From: Opitutales bacterium
GTDB lineage: Bacteria > Verrucomicrobiota > Verrucomicrobiia > Opitutales > PNEW01
Length of the DNA: 64,000 bases
NCBI GenBank assembly: GCA_965197745.1
Contig: CBDANS010000007.1
Coordinates: 1,344,001 to 1,408,000 of the forward strand
Reading direction: 5' to 3'
In this document: piece by piece, positions 30,657-42,567 of the stretch
How the letters are laid out: each line of letters begins with the position of its first letter
How positions within the stretch are numbered: the first letter of the stretch is position 1
The notes under the pieces: generated by a model
The model's database searches: none
Told to the model about the DNA's origin: nothing
What the model saw: the letters and a program-made list of their open reading frames with translations, nothing else
Made by a program: the position numbers and the translations under genes

Positions 30657-32906
30657 CTAATCATGGGGAGCGTTGTCTCTATGACTGCGAGGACTACGAC
30701 TGTCTCGGCGATCACCCCGGCGTGGACGACGGTCATCCCCGCGGTTGGGGGCGCGACGCGGTTTCTCTTCGACGGGACGGCCTTCCCGTTCAGCCATGGC
30801 AATACGACGGCTTAAGCGAACGCGACCCCGATCATCAGCGTCAATGCATTTAACCCACATTTCGTCACCCATTTTACAAATATCTTCAGGATTATCGACG
30901 TGGAAATCGGCTAATTCGGAAACGTGCACGAGACCTTCCTTCCCCGGCAGACACTCAACAAAAACGCCGAACTCTTTGATCCCTCGAACAATTCCGTTAT
31001 ATAATTTACCAACTTCGATTTCTCCAGTGGCGAGTTCAACTTCTTCGATCGCACGTTGCAGGGAAAGCTCGTTATTGGCATAAATAAAGACTTTTCCGCT
31101 ATTATCTTCATGAATGTTAATTTCGGCCCCACTCACTTCAGTGACACGGCGAATATTTTTACCTCCTGGTCCAATAAGCGCGCCGATCTTTTCCGGATCG
31201 ATTTGCATCTGATGAATACGAGGAGCATGCTCTTTCAACTCTGATCGTGGTTCAGTGATTTCTTCCGCCATGATTTCGAGAATGTTCAATAATGATTTCC
31301 GATTTTGGGCGATCGCTTCCTTTGCGATTTCAAAAGGTAATCCTTCAATTTTAAGATCGAGTTGAAATCCGGTGATTCCTTTTTTCGTGCCGCAAATCTT
31401 GAAATCCATATCGCCAAAGTGGTCTTCACTTCCAATGATATCAGTGAGCACTACATGTTTGGTTATCTTTCCCGAATCATCGCTTTGACTGACCAGCCCT
31501 ACGGAAATTCCGGCAACCATGTCTGTGATAGGAACACCGGCGTCCATAAGGGCAAGACACCCACCGCATACCGAGGCCATAGAGGTGGAACCGTTGGATT
31601 CCATTATCTCAGATACAAGCCGCAGGGTATAGGGAAACTCATCTTCAGTGGGAATGACCGGCAGGAGTGAACGTTCAGCAAGCGCCCCATGACCGATTTC
31701 ACGACGCCCCGGTCCCATATTTCGTCCGGTCTCACCAACGGAATAATGGGGAAAATTATAGTGTAAAATAAATGATTTGGAGCGTGTCCCACCTGTCAAG
31801 CCATCCATGTCTTGTCCGTCAGAGGTTGTTCCCAGGGTGGTAATGACAATATTCTGAGTTTCTCCCCGTTGAAAAAGAGCGGAACCGTGCACGCGCGGAA
31901 GGACTCCAGCCTGACAGGTAATGGCGCGTAAATCTTGAGGTCCTCTGCCGTCAGCGCGCTTACCTTTTTCTAAAATATTATTTCGGTAAACTTCTTCCTG
32001 CAAAATTTCAAAGGCCATACGAATTTGGTTAGGATCAAAATTCTCTTCTCCTACTTTTTCGAGAACTTTATTACTGGCATCTTCCATGATGCTGTTAACA
32101 GCTTCATCGCGATCCAGCTTTTTTTCTTGAAATACGGCCTTGTCCAGTCGGTCGCTGACATGGTCCCTGATAAAAGCCAGTGTTTCGGGGTCACAGTTAT
32201 GGAGCTCAAAATCTCTCTTTTGCTTTCCAGCCGACGCGGCCAACTTTTTTTGTGCGTCTATTATTTTTACGACATTTTCATGGGCAAATTCCAGGGCCGC
32301 GATAAAGCGTTCGTCGGGTAATTGGTCGGCACTCCCTTCGATCATCATCATGTCTTGTTCGTTCCCGACATAAATCAGGTCGAGCGATGATTGAAATTGT
32401 TGTTCATGGGTGGGGTTTACAATAAATTCTCCGTCCACTTCTCCAATACGCACGCATCCGATCGGTCCATTCCAGGGTATGTCAGATATGAGCATTGCTG
32501 CTGATGCGCCGTTCACCATTAGAATGTCAGGTTCATTAATGAGATCCGTGGTGAGCAGCATGCCTAAGACTTGAACTTCATTGAGAAAACCTTTGGGGAA
32601 TAACGGGCGTAGTGGCCGGTCACACAGGCGTGAGGTAAGAATTTCTTTTTCCGAAGGACGTCCTTCACGTTTAAAAAAACCACCGGGAAATCGTCCCGCC
32701 GCGGAAAATTTTTCTCTATAATCAACAGTTAATGGGAAAAAATCCTGGTCTGGGCTGCGGAGTCCTGTGGCCGCCGTGGCTGCCACAAATACAATGGTTT
32801 CTCCTAATCGAATAGATATCGCTCCGTTAGCTTGTTTTGCCAATGTTCCGGTCTCAAATGTAATGCCGAGATCATCAACGGTTTCTGAATATTTATGCTT
32901 TAGCAT
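30657..32906 (-). CDS. pnp: Polyribonucleotide nucleotidyltransferase
   Basis: [47 protein letters not shown] and S1 domains. Confidence 0.98.
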   Translation of the reverse strand: MLKHKYSETVDDLGITFETGTLAKQANGAISIRLGETIVFVAATAATGLRSPDQDFFPLTVDYREKFSAAGRFPGGFFKREGRPSEKEILTSRLCDRPLRPLFPKGFLNEVQVLGMLLTTDLINEPDILMVNGASAAMLISDIPWNGPIGCVRIGEVDGEFIVNPTHEQQFQSSLDLIYVGNEQDMMMIEGSADQLPDERFIAALEFAHENVVKIIDAQKKLAASAGKQKRDFELHNCDPETLAFIRDHVSDRLDKAVFQEKKLDRDEAVNSIMEDASNKVLEKVGEENFDPNQIRMAFEILQEEVYRNNILEKGKRADGRGPQDLRAITCQAGVLPRVHGSALFQRGETQNIVITTLGTTSDGQDMDGLTGGTRSKSFILHYNFPHYSVGETGRNMGPGRREIGHGALAERSLLPVIPTEDEFPYTLRLVSEIMESNGSTSMASVCGGCLALMDAGVPITDMVAGISVGLVSQSDDSGKITKHVVLTDIIGSEDHFGDMDFKICGTKKGITGFQLDLKIEGLPFEIAKEAIAQNRKSLLNILEIMAEEITEPRSELKEHAPRIHQMQIDPEKIGALIGPGGKNIRRVTEVSGAEINIHEDNSGKVFIYANNELSLQRAIEEVELATGEIEVGKLYNGIVRGIKEFGVFVECLPGKEGLVHVSELADFHVDNPEDICKMGDEMWVKCIDADDRGRVRLSRRIAMAEREGRPVEEKPRRAPNRGDDRRPRRGDRRDSRSPRSHRDNAPHD

Positions 32907-33138
32907 CTTTTACCTTTATTACTTATTTCTTTCTTAATCCACTTGAAATGTCGATCCATCGACCATCTTAAAATATATTTTATTTTAAAATAGGGGGTTC
33001 TGTTTGTTAATTTTTATTTCATACACATAGCAGTATTGCATTATATATTTATCTCACATCGATGGCTTTACATGACTTGTGCCAGACAGAGTGATTGAGA
33101 CAAGAGTGTCCAGCGAGTGCGAGATTTGACTACAATCT

Positions 33139-33405
33139 TTATCGACGCAATTTAAGGCGCTGCAACAGGTCGTTGTATTTTTTAAGATCGTGTCGCTTTA
33201 CATAATCAAGCAACTTTCGTCTTCGGCTTGACAACCCGATAAGTCCTCTTCGAGAGTGAAAATCTTTACGGTGTGTCCGCAGGTGTTCGGTCAGATGATT
33301 TATACGGGAAGTGAGGAGGGCAATTTGGACCTCACTTGAACCGGTATCTTTATCATGTGATCGGTAATCATTAATTATATTTGTCTTATCAATCGTTTCT
33401 GTCAT
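33139..33405 (-). CDS. rpsO: 30S ribosomal protein S15
   Basis: [31 protein letters not shown] at 33405 gives 88 aa; lies upstream of pnp. Confidence 0.97.
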   Translation of the reverse strand: MTETIDKTNIINDYRSHDKDTGSSEVQIALLTSRINHLTEHLRTHRKDFHSRRGLIGLSSRRRKLLDYVKRHDLKKYNDLLQRLKLRR

Positions 33406-33726
33406 TTTATTCTCCAATTTCACGACTTGAGGGACGAACGTTTTTTCGCTCGTGAATCCAGCCGGAGCCAGAAACACCGTTTAAGCCCGACGAGGTTAAT
33501 AGTCGGACAAGCCGCGGAAAAGGCCTTTATACCGGCACTTTTCTCAACGCAAGGGATAACTAAATGGCGGTAAAATTAACCTTTGCAAGCTTTAATTTAG
33601 ATGCAGGAGTTTTAAAAAAGGGATGTAATTTTTATTTCGTAAAGAATCTTTTTCATCTGCTTCACCGTCAGTTTCCTCCGATATTTTACGACACTGCAAT
33701 AGGGGAAGGCGCGGGCACTACCTGTA

Positions 33727-34095
33727 TTATCCTGCTTTAAAGACAATCTTCTCTATTTTTTCGCACCCTTCAATTTTCTTCAGGCGTTCCATGATTTCAT
33801 TGTGCTTGAATTTTAACTCCTGGCGCAAAATAGGGTTGGTAACGGCGACAATTAATTTTCGTTCTTTCTCTATGCGTAGAGGACGGCATCGATCCGCATG
33901 CATCCTCCCCACAATGTCTCGCCAGTGGGTGATAAGGCTTTCTTCGGGCCTGAGGTCACCAATTTTATATTCCTGGATTAAAGTTTCAAGAAGGGTATCC
34001 AAACTCCATGCCGGTCGATCGATGGAATAATTTTTATCTTCCGGTAGAGAACGGAGATTAGCGATGAGATTTTCGATAGGGCGTGGAAATTTCAT
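33727..34095 (-). CDS. DUF721/DciA-family protein
   Basis: HWRDIVG...LIVAVTNPILRQELKF pattern. Confidence 0.7.
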   Translation of the reverse strand: MKFPRPIENLIANLRSLPEDKNYSIDRPAWSLDTLLETLIQEYKIGDLRPEESLITHWRDIVGRMHADRCRPLRIEKERKLIVAVTNPILRQELKFKHNEIMERLKKIEGCEKIEKIVFKAG

Positions 34096-34129
34096 AGAGT
34101 GCAGTATCTATAGATAAGAAAACGTAATC

Positions 34130-34834
34130 CTAGCTACGGGGTCGATGAGGCAGATACGAAAGTAAATCTATTAAACAGTTGATACGATAATAATCTTTGA
34201 TCCGGTTCTCCGGATCGAGGATAATAGCATTCCATCCGGCATTGATGGCTCCTGCCGCATCTCGATCAGGGCTATCTCCTATATGGAGTATATTTTTGGG
34301 ATTGAGGACCATACTCTTTTCAACATGAGAGAAGATGCGGCGGTCTGGCTTCTCAAAACCCACCTCACTGGAAATAAAGATAGTCTCAAAAAATTTGCCT
34401 ATCCCGCATTCGGCGGCGACATTACGAAGGCGTTTGTCCCAATTCGACAAAAGGGCAAGTCTGTAGTTGCGGTCCTTTAATGATTGAAGCGTGGGTAATG
34501 CATCATTTGAGATTTTCCATCGTCTTGCCAATGCAAAGGTCTCAAATAGATCTTTAAAAATAAGCTCAAAATCCTTATCAGAACAAAAGCGCCCAAAAGT
34601 CTTCCATGAAATATTGCGCCAGAATTCAATTTCCGTAGTTTCATTGATATTTTCACGTGTTTTTTTCAACGCCTCAGAAAATGAGCTTTTAAACATGGAA
34701 TTTAAATCCCCCGCGGGGACAGTGACTCCATGATGGGATAGCACTTCAGCATACACGGCGCCAACAGAGGGGTGGGGGGTAATCAATGTCCCTGCGGCAT
34801 CAAAAGTGATGCCAATTACCTCGGAAAAATCCAC
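34130..34834 (-). CDS. HAD-IA family hydrolase
   Basis: FDAAGTL, LSNWD, EKPD..IF, HIGDS..D..GA. Confidence 0.9.
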   Translation of the reverse strand: MDFSEVIGITFDAAGTLITPHPSVGAVYAEVLSHHGVTVPAGDLNSMFKSSFSEALKKTRENINETTEIEFWRNISWKTFGRFCSDKDFELIFKDLFETFALARRWKISNDALPTLQSLKDRNYRLALLSNWDKRLRNVAAECGIGKFFETIFISSEVGFEKPDRRIFSHVEKSMVLNPKNILHIGDSPDRDAAGAINAGWNAIILDPENRIKDYYRINCLIDLLSYLPHRPRS

Positions 34835-34949
34835 ACTCTTAATGAATCATATTCCCTGGCTAATGGCTATTTATATTTAATGAGAACCATGTTTGCAACT
34901 TACTTGACGCTCTGTCATTCAATTTTAGTTTCTGAACAAAGTATTATTC

Positions 34950-35687
34950 ATGAGCTACCTGCAAAATCTGAAATTTTACTATCGCGCGTGGCGATATCGT
35001 TTAAAACTGGAAGGGAAAGAGATACTCTTTATGACAAATACCCTTTCCCCTGGCGATACGGCAGTGGATATTGGAGCGCACAAGGGTGCATACACTTATT
35101 GGATGCAAAAAGCCGTAGGCCGGAGGGGCAAGGTGTTCTCCTTTGAACCGCAGCCGTCGCTGGCTGTATACCTTGAATCAATCATAACTTCCCTCAAGTT
35201 AAACCAGGTGAAAGTAGAAAATCTGGGAATCTCCTCAAAAGCTGGATCGGCCGAGTTATATGTGCCGGGGATAAATCCTTCTCCGGGTGCGACTTTTGCT
35301 GTTCCTGCGGAGAATTTCGAGGGAACAACTTTGAGGGTTAATATAGAGTCCCTGGATGATTACTTTGATAAGACAAAAGGGAGACCCATACACCTTATCA
35401 AAGTAGATGTTGAAGGGCATGAGTTAAAAGTATTTCAGGGAGCGGAAAGAATTCTGAAAGAGGATCGTCCTGTATTAATATTTGAATGTGAAAATCGTCA
35501 TCATACTCATGACAGTATGCATGATGTTTTCACTTTTCTTGAAGAGCTGGGATTTAAAGGGGGATTTTATTCAGGGAACCGTTTTTATCCGTTCTCGCTC
35601 TTTAATGAGACTGAACATCAGAAGTCAGGGCACCCCGGTTATGTAAATAACTTCATCTTCAAATACGGAACACTGCCCTCTGACTAA
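34950..35687 (+). CDS. FkbM-family methyltransferase
   Basis: VDIGAHKG, FSFEP, LIKVDVEGHE. Confidence 0.9.
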   Translation: MSYLQNLKFYYRAWRYRLKLEGKEILFMTNTLSPGDTAVDIGAHKGAYTYWMQKAVGRRGKVFSFEPQPSLAVYLESIITSLKLNQVKVENLGISSKAGSAELYVPGINPSPGATFAVPAENFEGTTLRVNIESLDDYFDKTKGRPIHLIKVDVEGHELKVFQGAERILKEDRPVLIFECENRHHTHDSMHDVFTFLEELGFKGGFYSGNRFYPFSLFNETEHQKSGHPGYVNNFIFKYGTLPSD

Positions 35688-35696
35688 TGAAAGAAA

Positions 35697-36488
35697 TCAA
35701 GAGGGAGTGGAAGGACCTTTAATCGTTTTATTGTGTTCATATAGCTTGCTATAGCGAACGAGGGTATAAAATGCCATTGTCACCGCGATATAAAATCCGG
35801 GGAATCCATCCATAAAACCTAACTTTATAAAATAACCTCTGAAAAACCGCCATCCTGGTCGAAATACGGTTTGCAACAGCGACCACCGTGATTCCTTTTC
35901 CAACTGACGTTTTAAAAATATATCACTGAAATATATAATTTTTTCAATCTGGGCGTTAAGGTTGGGATAGGTGTAATGATGCAGGTCTCCCCTGAGTTTC
36001 TGCGATTTGCCATCAATCACGATTTTTTCATGTTCTATCCCTCCACCCCAACGCGCTTTACCGGCTCGTAAAAGCCGTTGGCTGTAATCCGGGTACCAAT
36101 CGCCATGAGTAATCCAGCGTCCCATGAACCACACTTTTCGTGGAAAATAAGCACCATCGAAATCATTATTTTCTATTTCAATAAATGCCTGAATAGATGC
36201 CTTGAGTTCAGGCGAAACTTCTTCGTCCGCGTCGAGAGCGAGGATCCAGGGCTGCGTTGCATAATCCAGGGCTATATTCTTCTGGTCGCGATAACCGCGC
36301 CATTCATGATTGAAAACACGCGCATTATAGCTGAGCGCAACTTCCTCTGTTTCATCGCTACAGTCATTTATAACCAGGACAATATCCTTTACCCAGAACG
36401 CCACACTGTCCAAACACCTTTTCAGGTTATCGGCCTCATTGTGCGCAATCATGGTAACACTTAGCGGATATTTTTTTTCCTCACTCAT
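35697..36488 (-). CDS. Glycosyltransferase family 2 (WaaE/KdtX-like)
   Basis: HNEADNLKRCL, LDADE, WYPDY, GFMDGFPG. Confidence 0.9.
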   Translation of the reverse strand: MSEEKKYPLSVTMIAHNEADNLKRCLDSVAFWVKDIVLVINDCSDETEEVALSYNARVFNHEWRGYRDQKNIALDYATQPWILALDADEEVSPELKASIQAFIEIENNDFDGAYFPRKVWFMGRWITHGDWYPDYSQRLLRAGKARWGGGIEHEKIVIDGKSQKLRGDLHHYTYPNLNAQIEKIIYFSDIFLKRQLEKESRWSLLQTVFRPGWRFFRGYFIKLGFMDGFPGFYIAVTMAFYTLVRYSKLYEHNKTIKGPSTPS

Positions 36489-36651
36489 AAATGATCAACA
36501 CTCTCTAAGCACGAAATCAAAATTAGAATGCACTGTCCTCTAAATGTAAATTAATTTTGTGATTGATGAGGATTGGCAAAATTCGAGAATGTCATTTATA
36601 GTTAGTATCTGTCTATCAACCCCGTTTATAATTTAATGCTTTCATTGTACT

Positions 36652-37641
36652 ATGGATTATGAAGAGTCTATACAGCCGCTTCGAGGAGAAAACACACTGC
36701 GCATCCTCCACCGGATACTTCCTCTAGGCCGTAAATATCATCCGATCTTAACGCTTTTTAATAAACGGCAAGGATTAATAGCTGTACCTTTTGCCATGCA
36801 CTTTGTCATTACTCCAGCTTCATGGGGAAAGCAAATAGTCAATTATCTATTAACCGGGAGTGATTTCATTCCTGAAATAAGTCTTCTGGAACCCTTGTGT
36901 CGCAATTTGAAAGAAGGTATTATACTCGATATCGGAGCCAATACGGGGCTCTATGTGTTGTTCATAAGAAATTATTCAAACTTGCCAATTGTGGCTTACG
37001 AGCCGGATCCCTTTCTTTTTAAACTTTTAAACCAGACTATAGCCTACAATGCGATTCAGAATATCAAAATAAAAAATGTAGCATGTGGGAATGAGCGCAG
37101 TGAATTGGCTTTTGCCATGGGCATTAACGGCTCAGTCGTTGTTGACACCGTAAACAACCCATCGCATGAAGTGAACTTGCTTTTCTATGAAAATAACTGG
37201 GATCGAGAAGCGCAAGAGACGAAAGCGGGTAATTTAGTGATAAAAGTACCGGCCGTAGCCCTCGATGAGGAATTAGTCAACGGGCCTAAAGTGGCCATGA
37301 TGAAAATAGACTGCGAAGGCTATGAGTGCCATATATTAAAGGGAGCTAAGGATCTTATCGCGCAACATAAACCCTATCTTTTTTTAGAACTTCATCCAAC
37401 AATGCTCAATAAGTTTAACCATACATCTGAAGACGTCCTCGAATTATTAAATCCTTATTACCATTTACAGTACTGGTGTTATCAGCACAACTGGCCGACG
37501 ACGAAATTAGGACGAAGTCTTATGAAATTCAGAAAATCGAAAGCCCACCAATATGAAGATGCAGATGAAATGCTCGCTGATATAAAATCCAATCCTGGCA
37601 TATCCCAGGTATACCTGGTAGGTCACCCTAAAGAAGATTGA
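36652..37641 (+). CDS. FkbM-family methyltransferase
   Basis: LDIGANTG, YEP, MKIDCEGYE, FLELHP. Confidence 0.87.
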   Translation: MDYEESIQPLRGENTLRILHRILPLGRKYHPILTLFNKRQGLIAVPFAMHFVITPASWGKQIVNYLLTGSDFIPEISLLEPLCRNLKEGIILDIGANTGLYVLFIRNYSNLPIVAYEPDPFLFKLLNQTIAYNAIQNIKIKNVACGNERSELAFAMGINGSVVVDTVNNPSHEVNLLFYENNWDREAQETKAGNLVIKVPAVALDEELVNGPKVAMMKIDCEGYECHILKGAKDLIAQHKPYLFLELHPTMLNKFNHTSEDVLELLNPYYHLQYWCYQHNWPTTKLGRSLMKFRKSKAHQYEDADEMLADIKSNPGISQVYLVGHPKED

Positions 37642-37670
37642 ATGAAGTGAACCTGCTGATAGATCAACTT

Positions 37671-38711
37671 TTATCGCGTGTCATCTCGTTCCAGTTCTTT
37701 GAGGAATTCAGATATATCCCCTTTAGCTCTCGCCACTGTGATATCCGCCATGTATCTATTCTCTTCAAAGGTTTTAAAGGCTTGATTTAAATTTCTATTC
37801 TTTAAAGCAATAATTTTATGTTTAACTTTCCATGGCCCATATACGCGGTCATCCGACATCCCGTAAAATGCAACGGTTGGACAACCGCACGCTGCGGACA
37901 GATGAGTGGTTACGGTATCGACGCCGACATATATTTTGGCCCGGTATAAAAGATAAGCCAACTCTGAGAAAGACATCCCTTTTTCAGCAAAAATACAGTT
38001 TTCCCCAGTGTTTTCCTGTAAGCTCTTAGCCTGTTCTATTTCCGTTTGATCACTACTTGTATTGATAACTACCTGATCGAATTTTTGAAGCAGCCATTGG
38101 GTCAGCTCGATCCAATTTTCCATCGGCCACTCCTTGCTTTTCCACCTTGTGGCCATGCGCAAAACCGCATAATTACTCTGAATATGAATAATGTTTTCAA
38201 AAATCGGTTCTGTCACGTCCCTTGAATATTGGAGTGCGGGTGGGGAATCAGGGAGTGCCAATACTTCTTTTACTATGCGGTAGTCTTTTTCTACGGTATG
38301 TAGGTGAGGCTGATGAAACGTTAATATTTCGTCAAATACCCCCTTCCACATGATGTTTAATTTAGTATTCGTGCCATCAGCGATTTTATTTTTCCCCTTA
38401 AGCAAGGAAACTAACCAACGGGCCCTGCTTTTATCGGTAAGTTCAAAAATATAGTCGAAGTTGTATTTCCTTAATCCCCTGATGATATCAAGATCATGCA
38501 TGAAGGTTTTAATATTTCGATTCTCATACTCAATAGGAGTGTATGGAAAAATGTGATCGATTCCATTACAACCTTCGAGTATTCCTTCGGACCCTTTTCT
38601 AATGACAACAAATATTTCCGCAGTGGGGCATGACTCTCTCACCGCTGCCAGGGTAGGGGTCATGAGGAGTGAATCTCCGATATGAAGGAGCTTGATAAAT
38701 AATATACGCAT
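37671..38711 (-). CDS. Glycosyltransferase family 9 (LPS heptosyltransferase-like)
   Basis: HIGDSLLMTP, KEWP, VGVDT..HLSAA.G.PTVAFYG, GPW. Confidence 0.9.
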   Translation of the reverse strand: MRILFIKLLHIGDSLLMTPTLAAVRESCPTAEIFVVIRKGSEGILEGCNGIDHIFPYTPIEYENRNIKTFMHDLDIIRGLRKYNFDYIFELTDKSRARWLVSLLKGKNKIADGTNTKLNIMWKGVFDEILTFHQPHLHTVEKDYRIVKEVLALPDSPPALQYSRDVTEPIFENIIHIQSNYAVLRMATRWKSKEWPMENWIELTQWLLQKFDQVVINTSSDQTEIEQAKSLQENTGENCIFAEKGMSFSELAYLLYRAKIYVGVDTVTTHLSAACGCPTVAFYGMSDDRVYGPWKVKHKIIALKNRNLNQAFKTFEENRYMADITVARAKGDISEFLKELERDDTR

Positions 38712-38840
38712 CCTGATTATTTCAGCATAAAAACAGAGAACACTTCAGGTGTAATGTAAACGTGTAAGTTACTGAGACTTTCCGACTTTTATCTTTCAAA
38801 TGACTTGTGCTATTTTGGAAACTTTATATGCTAATGCAAA

Positions 38841-40658
38841 ATGAAAAATTTCATTAGCAAGGTAATGCACAACCTCGCTGCTATGTTCGTAGCATTGGGG
38901 GTGTTCATAGTTATTTGGGTTGTGGTCTTAATAATCCTTGCCCTTATTTTCGAGGAAAGAGCCGTTCCCATAAAAGAAGATTCTGTTTTAGCCTTTGATC
39001 TCTCTGTTAACATCATGGATTCTCCCCGTGATTTTTCAGCGTTCGATTTAATCGAAGAAACCATAGACGGTGGTTCTTCTCCCGTTTTATATTTAAAATC
39101 CGTGATTGATGGCATCGAGAGAGCAGCCGAAGATGACCGTATCTCGGCTTTATTCCTTTATGGCAGCCTCAGACCAGAAAATTATGGCTCCAGCTATGCG
39201 GTATTGCGGGAAGTGAGAGATGCCATAAAGCGGTTCGAAAAATCAGAAAAACCGGTTATCGCTTATCTCGTCAATTCTTCATTACGGGATTATTATTTAG
39301 TATCTTCGGCGGAGACCCTGATCCAGAACCCTTTTGGTTTAGTAAATTTAAAAGGACTATCACTTAATCATATATTTTTGGGAAATGCTTTTGATAAGTA
39401 TGGGATTGAAGTGCAAACTTCACGAATCGGTAAATACAAATCTTTTGTAGAGGCATTTACCAGTGATAAAATGAGCCCGGAAGATCGTTATCAGACGAAA
39501 GAATTAATTGAAAGTTTATGGAAAAATATTCTCTCTGATATCAGTGAAAGTCGAAATATCAACGTTGAATCACTGGCAGAATTTTCGGAGGATCGAGGGT
39601 TCATTTCCCCTGATGTGGGGATCGAAGCTGGTTTAATTGACGAATCTGCGTATTTTGATGAAGTGCGGGAAAAACTTATAGAGGTATCCGGTTTTGATGA
39701 AGATCTAGAAAGCTTTAAACAAATTAAATTTAACGATTACCTTCGTGAAGGTCGTCTTCAATCCCCTGACATTCTGGTTCTCGATAAGGAGCCGAAGATT
39801 GCGGTTGTTTATGCCGAAGGGATGATCGTCAATGGAGAGGGAGATTTTGACCAGGTGGGAAGTGACCGGGTGTCACGAGAGCTTCGCAAACTGAGGCATC
39901 GGGACGATGTCAAAGCGATTGTTTTACGTGTCAACAGCCCGGGTGGCAGCGCTGTTGCTTCAGAAATTCTTCTTCGTGAATTGCAGTTATTGAAAGAGGA
40001 AAAACCGGTCGTTGTCTCAATGGGCTCGTTTGCAGCTTCAGGTGGATATTGGATATCTGCTCTTGCCGACACCATTTATGCGGAAGCGACAACAATAACC
40101 GGATCAATAGGTGTTTTTAGCATTTATCCCAATATAAAAGAATTCTCTAATCGCATTGGAATTACTTTTGATGGCGTGAAAACTTCCAAATATGCGGATA
40201 TATTTTCGGTAACACGGTCTAAATCAGAGGATGAATTGGGATTACTGCAAGAGTACACAGATTTCATTTATGATTCTTTTGTCGCGCGTGTATCGGAGGG
40301 ACGAAAATTAAGTATAGAAAAAGTAGAAGCGATTGCCCAGGGCCGAATCTGGTCCGGCGCCGGAGCGAAGGAAATTGGTCTCGTCGATAAATTGGGCGGG
40401 CTTGATGATGCCATAGAGCATGCCGTTGGTATTGCGGGGATAAAAGGTGATTGGCGTCTTATTCAGGTTCCTGAGGAAACGGATGCTGCAGCCTTTATCG
40501 ATAAACTACTTGGTGGTCCAGGCAGAGAACCCATTGGGTATGAAGGTTCGCTCACTAATAAGTTAAAAGAATTAGAGCGTGAGCTTTCATCCTTAAACAT
40601 TCTCAATGATCCGAATGGCGTTTATGCCTTGTTGCCACTCAGCTTTAAACTGAACTGA
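38841..40658 (+). CDS. sppA: Signal peptide peptidase SppA (protease IV)
   Basis: GKYKS, LRVNSPGGS, SMGSFAASGGYWI, TITGSIGV, AQGRIWSG. Confidence 0.95.
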   Translation: MKNFISKVMHNLAAMFVALGVFIVIWVVVLIILALIFEERAVPIKEDSVLAFDLSVNIMDSPRDFSAFDLIEETIDGGSSPVLYLKSVIDGIERAAEDDRISALFLYGSLRPENYGSSYAVLREVRDAIKRFEKSEKPVIAYLVNSSLRDYYLVSSAETLIQNPFGLVNLKGLSLNHIFLGNAFDKYGIEVQTSRIGKYKSFVEAFTSDKMSPEDRYQTKELIESLWKNILSDISESRNINVESLAEFSEDRGFISPDVGIEAGLIDESAYFDEVREKLIEVSGFDEDLESFKQIKFNDYLREGRLQSPDILVLDKEPKIAVVYAEGMIVNGEGDFDQVGSDRVSRELRKLRHRDDVKAIVLRVNSPGGSAVASEILLRELQLLKEEKPVVVSMGSFAASGGYWISALADTIYAEATTITGSIGVFSIYPNIKEFSNRIGITFDGVKTSKYADIFSVTRSKSEDELGLLQEYTDFIYDSFVARVSEGRKLSIEKVEAIAQGRIWSGAGAKEIGLVDKLGGLDDAIEHAVGIAGIKGDWRLIQVPEETDAAAFIDKLLGGPGREPIGYEGSLTNKLKELERELSSLNILNDPNGVYALLPLSFKLN

Positions 40659-40714
40659 GTTTTAGGTGAGCATCGCGATTCATCGCACTTCAGGTAATTG
40701 ACAAATTACGATTT

Positions 40715-41293
40715 GTGGATGAGACTTACTCCATTAAGATGGAAAACGAGGAAGTCATATTAAATCGCGATTGTAAAGCTACGCTCATTCCAGCTGGTCA
40801 TGAAGTTGTCCTCACTGAGGGAACTACAGTTACCATTTCTCAGGCTCTTGGTGGCAGTCTTACCATACGAAATGATATGGGAATGTACCGGATCGGAAAC
40901 AGCGAGCTAGACGCGCTTGGTGATGATATTGCCGGGCAAATAAGAAATCAGAAAATACCAGCTGAAGAATCTGACATACCATTTGGTGTGGATTTAGTGT
41001 GGGATGCTTTGAAAACCTGTTATGACCCGGAAATTCCGGTAAACATCGTTGATCTTGGATTGATTTATGATCTTTCCCTGGTGGATTTGGATGAAAATAA
41101 CCATAATGTAAATGTGAAGATGACATTGACAGCGCAGGGGTGTGGAATGGGACCAGCTATTGCCGCTGACGCTAAAGAGAAAATCGAGGCTTTACCCTCT
41201 GTGCAATCGGCTGACGTGCAGATTGTATGGGATCCCCAATGGACTCCGCACATGATATCCGAGGAAGGTCGCAAACTGCTCGGTCTCGACTGA
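40715..41293 (+). CDS. sufT: Fe-S cluster assembly protein SufT
   Basis: YDPEIPVNIVDLGLIY, MTLTAQGCGMG, VWDPQW, with an N-terminal ISQALGGS extension. Confidence 0.88.
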   Translation: MDETYSIKMENEEVILNRDCKATLIPAGHEVVLTEGTTVTISQALGGSLTIRNDMGMYRIGNSELDALGDDIAGQIRNQKIPAEESDIPFGVDLVWDALKTCYDPEIPVNIVDLGLIYDLSLVDLDENNHNVNVKMTLTAQGCGMGPAIAADAKEKIEALPSVQSADVQIVWDPQWTPHMISEEGRKLLGLD

Positions 41294-41308
41294 AGCACTT
41301 TTTAACCC

Positions 41309-42247
41309 ATGGAACTGGAGGAAAAAAAAAGACCTCCCAAACCGGAATTAAAACAGATCCGGAGCTTTATCGACCACATTGCGTTGGAGCGTCGTCTCTC
41401 AGAATACACGGTGCGTAATTATCGAGCTGCCCTCTTAAATTTTTTTACCTGGCTGAGAGATATCAGCAATTGGACGGGTGATCTAAGTAAAATCGAAAAC
41501 AGGGTGGTCCGTGATTACTTAATTGAAAGTCAACGTCGTGTATCGCGCCGCACGCTTCATAACCATGTCTCTGGATTGAGATCTTTTTATAAATTTCAAC
41601 TCAGAAATGGAGCTGTTCAAAGCAATCCTTTTGAAGGAATCACATTACCTAAATTACAAAAACCACTCCCAAAATTTTTAACGGAAAATCAGATCAAACA
41701 ACTTATTACTGGTCCGATGACCCTACTTGGTAACGAAAGTCTTACCCCATTTCAAGCATGGCGGGACAGGCTCATCCTGGAATTGCTCTATGGTGGAGGT
41801 TTGCGGGTGAGTGAACTGATTGGATTAAACTACGGGATGATTGATTTGAGCAGTGGCGTTGCGCGCATTCGGGGTAAAGGCAATAAAGAGAGGCTCTGCC
41901 CGCTTGGTAGGGTGGCCACGGCCTGCCTTAATAAGTTTAGCTCTGAACATGCACCTGAAACCGGCTATGACGACCCGGTTGTGATTAATGATCGGGGCCA
42001 TCGGGTTAGCGCCAGATATGTCCAATTGATGATAAAAAAATATTTAGCCCTTTCGGATCTACCACTCGATATGAGTCCTCATAAGATACGACATTCTTAT
42101 GCAACACACTTGCTCAATAATGGAGCAGATTTGAGATTGGTGCAGGAACTGCTTGGACACGCCAGTCTGTCTACCACCCAGATTTACACCCATGTAGATT
42201 TGGCGCGCTTAAAAGATGCTCATCGTAAAGCCCATCCGCGACCTTAG
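41309..42247 (+). CDS. xerC: Tyrosine recombinase XerC
   Basis: GLRVSEL, GKGNKER, PHKIRHSYATHLL, QELLGHASLSTTQIYTH. XerC rather than XerD is an inference. Confidence 0.82.
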   Translation: MELEEKKRPPKPELKQIRSFIDHIALERRLSEYTVRNYRAALLNFFTWLRDISNWTGDLSKIENRVVRDYLIESQRRVSRRTLHNHVSGLRSFYKFQLRNGAVQSNPFEGITLPKLQKPLPKFLTENQIKQLITGPMTLLGNESLTPFQAWRDRLILELLYGGGLRVSELIGLNYGMIDLSSGVARIRGKGNKERLCPLGRVATACLNKFSSEHAPETGYDDPVVINDRGHRVSARYVQLMIKKYLALSDLPLDMSPHKIRHSYATHLLNNGADLRLVQELLGHASLSTTQIYTHVDLARLKDAHRKAHPRP

Positions 42248-42327
42248 CAGGGAATTTATAGGTGGTATTCAATAGGCGGGATTGTAGCAGGGTGAAAATA
42301 GAGCTATGCTCCTGAATATTAAAATTT

Positions 42328-42523
42328 ACGGCCACGACGGAGCGTGGCCCTCCATTATTATGGAGAGACGAAGAATAGTCGGCTATAACCACGCTGCTGC
42401 GCAAGGTTCGGTGGTAGCTATTCCTTAACTGGCAATGTGTGCCTTGCAGCCATACCTATTGTCGATTTTAGATTCCAATACCGTCCGTGTTTCTTCTGGA
42501 GGGCCACGCTCCGTCGTGGCCGT
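42328..42523. repeat. REP-like inverted doublet of 27-bp perfect inverted repeats
   Basis: ACGGCCACGACGGAGCGTGGCCCTCCA 42328-42354 and its exact reverse complement 42497-42523; related singles at 28164-28185 and 6974-6998. Confidence 0.85.
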
Positions 42524-42567
42524 CGTCCAAGTCGATAATTTTTCAGGGAGCTACCCCTCAATGTATG

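Noticed and set aside
33406..33500. Possible S15 autoregulatory leader
   Set aside because: The position fits, but I cannot support a specific fold by eye.
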